32,000 nucleotides of DNA from Nitrosococcus oceani ATCC 19707 (GTDB lineage: Bacteria; Pseudomonadota; Gammaproteobacteria; Nitrosococcales; Nitrosococcaceae): NCBI RefSeq assembly GCF_000012805.1, contig NC_007484.1, forward strand, positions 450,001-482,000. Direction: 5' to 3'. The notes below the pieces were generated by a model. The model was given only the letters and a program-made list of their open reading frames with translations, was not told the origin of the DNA and made no database searches. The position numbers were made by a program, and so were the translations under genes. Positions 30,607 to 32,000 of the stretch are shown here, piece after piece. The first letter of the stretch is position 1. The number at the start of each line of letters is the position of its first letter.

Positions 30607-31911
30607 TCATGCATGGACTTCCTCCAGCGAAGGAAAGAGCTGCTGCATCAGTCCTTTTTTGTGGGTTTTGAGGGCGTCGATTTTTTCCGCCTGGGCGGCA
30701 ATCAGGGCATCGAGGGAGGAGAGGCAATGGGCGATTTTTTGTTGTTCGCGTTTTTCATATGGAAAACAAACTTTAATCTTTGACAACCGCCCGGAGGAGA
30801 TGCCCAAAACCTTAGCGCCTTGAGATTCTCTTTTGATCTGTTCTCGAATTAAGCCAGACTTAAATAGATAACCACCAAAACCAATAACTAAGTCATTATT
30901 TTTTTGTCGCGCCAGCAATGTATGCAGTCCAGATAGTATTTTTTCGTTACCAGTGTTTACGATTTCAATGCTTTTCCCTACATCTTCGACGTCCTCTGAA
31001 GCATCTGCGAATACGATATCGCCCTCTAAGCAATAGCTGTCATCTTTTATCCGTTCTAGCGATTCAGTCCTATTAATATATGGAACGTATTCTTGTGTTA
31101 CATCGAACAACGTAGAAAATTTTGTATGGATGTCTCCGTAATGAATATTTTTTACTTCCCCTTTTTCGTAATTCAACTTGTCTCTTGAATACGTATTTGT
31201 TGAGAGGAATCGGTACACGTCACTCATCTTTTTACTTGTCCAACGCCCCCCATCCCGAAACTTGGGAAAGCGCAGCCGGGGGACGGTTTCGCCGGCCCGG
31301 GGGAAGAGTTGCTGCATCAGTCCTTTTTTGTGGGTTTTGAGGGCGTCGAGTTTTTCTGTCTGGGCGGCAATCAGGGCATCGAGGGAGGAGAGACAATCGG
31401 CGATTTTTTGTTGTTCTTCATGGCTTGGCACTGGCACTTTGAGGCTTAAGATGTCGCCCCGTGAGAGTCCCGGAATAAGGTTCCCAGAGGCCAGAGCAAT
31501 CAGCCGCAGGCGCTGCGTTATCAGAAAATGGAAAATAAACTCTCCGTGTGCTGTACGTGCTCTGACTGCCATCAACTGACGACCCATAGCCACTTCATCG
31601 AGCTCTAAGTTAAGCAGCTCGCCCACACCGCTCCCCTTTACAGTTATTAGTGTATCCCCCGCGCGCCCTACGTTTGCACTACGAGTTGTCCATTTACTCA
31701 CTAAAGCTAAGTCATTTGTGTAATCTGATGGCCCTGTGAAATACGGGATGTCTCCCGTGTCTGTATATCCGTCCGGTGAAAGATGAAGCCCCGAGAGGAG
31801 TTCAACTTGCGTTGAAAGCGCAACTTTCTCCCACTCTCCCGCATCCCGAAACTCAGGAAAGCGCAGCTTGGGCACCCGCATTTGTTTGTCATTCTTCATT
31901 GCCTTACTCAT
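30607..31911 (-). CDS. hsdS: type I R-M specificity subunit HsdS (two TRDs)
   Basis: 434 aa. The conserved helical spacer QQKIA.CLSSLDALIAAQ.EK.DALKTHKKGLMQQLFP is duplicated after each variable half. The start overlaps the stop of the upstream gene. Confidence 0.85.
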   Translation of the reverse strand: MSKAMKNDKQMRVPKLRFPEFRDAGEWEKVALSTQVELLSGLHLSPDGYTDTGDIPYFTGPSDYTNDLALVSKWTTRSANVGRAGDTLITVKGSGVGELLNLELDEVAMGRQLMAVRARTAHGEFIFHFLITQRLRLIALASGNLIPGLSRGDILSLKVPVPSHEEQQKIADCLSSLDALIAAQTEKLDALKTHKKGLMQQLFPRAGETVPRLRFPKFRDGGRWTSKKMSDVYRFLSTNTYSRDKLNYEKGEVKNIHYGDIHTKFSTLFDVTQEYVPYINRTESLERIKDDSYCLEGDIVFADASEDVEDVGKSIEIVNTGNEKILSGLHTLLARQKNNDLVIGFGGYLFKSGLIREQIKRESQGAKVLGISSGRLSKIKVCFPYEKREQQKIAHCLSSLDALIAAQAEKIDALKTHKKGLMQQLFPSLEEVHA

Positions 31912-32000
31912 AGGCCGCCAACCCTGAAATTTCCCGCCCTTGGGCCTGCTTTTTCAGAAACGGCGCTAGCTCTTCCATCAGTGCCAGCTCCGCCTTGCTG
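31904..32000 (-). CDS. 3' end of upstream gene (probably another hsdM), partial at window edge
   Basis: The open frame …KAELALMEELAPFLKKQAQGREISGLAAYE* has its stop overlapping the hsdS ATG, which is the usual hsdM-hsdS coupling. Identity is inferred from position only. Confidence 0.4.
   Translation of the reverse strand, partial: SKAELALMEELAPFLKKQAQGREISGLAAYE

Noticed and set aside
1-32000. Search for tRNA, rRNA, tmRNA or CRISPR features
   Set aside because: No cloverleaf-like segments, rRNA-like conserved blocks or short regularly spaced repeats were seen by eye. A tRNAscan/Infernal run would be needed to exclude small RNAs formally.

Overview
Bacterial (proteobacterium-like) chromosomal window in three blocks. 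No rRNA, tRNA or CRISPR array was recognised. All homology calls are by-eye motif recognition; no searches were run.

(1) 1 to ~9.8 kb: an integron-type gene-cassette array with no integrase in the window.
- Short, mostly plus-strand cassettes are separated by attC-like imperfect palindromes (RYYYAAC...GTTRRRY).
- It carries three consecutive defence-domain genes: SIR2-like (DUF4917-type), HEPN and AbiV-like.
- It also carries two unknown small proteins and many type II toxin-antitoxin pairs (BrnTA, HicAB, VapBC, HigBA-type, an orphan RHH antitoxin).
- Several cassettes are decayed, and there is an IS3 remnant.
- An inverted DNA methyltransferase sits with a frameshifted partner gene.

(2) ~9.9 to 21.6 kb: ordinary chromosomal genes.
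- These are an amidohydrolase, a CarS-like protein, MtfA, a ZIP transporter, a BNR-repeat exported protein, YbbP/YbbA-like ABC transporter, a TesA-like esterase and ArfB.
- The block also holds two pseudogenes and two conspicuous palindromes.

(3) ~21.6 to 32 kb: a second accessory block.
- It contains attC-like relics, a RelE/antitoxin pair plus a decayed duplicate, a Zn-ADH, an amphi-Trp protein and HigBA.
- It ends in a rearranged type I R-M region: partial upstream gene, hsdS, a ParDE-like TA, a 5' hsdM fragment, a TnpB-type IS with an RHH gene, and vapBC translationally coupled to a full hsdM.

Best candidates for something new are the single-gene defence-like integron cassettes at 15-2286 and the unknown cassettes up to 3477.
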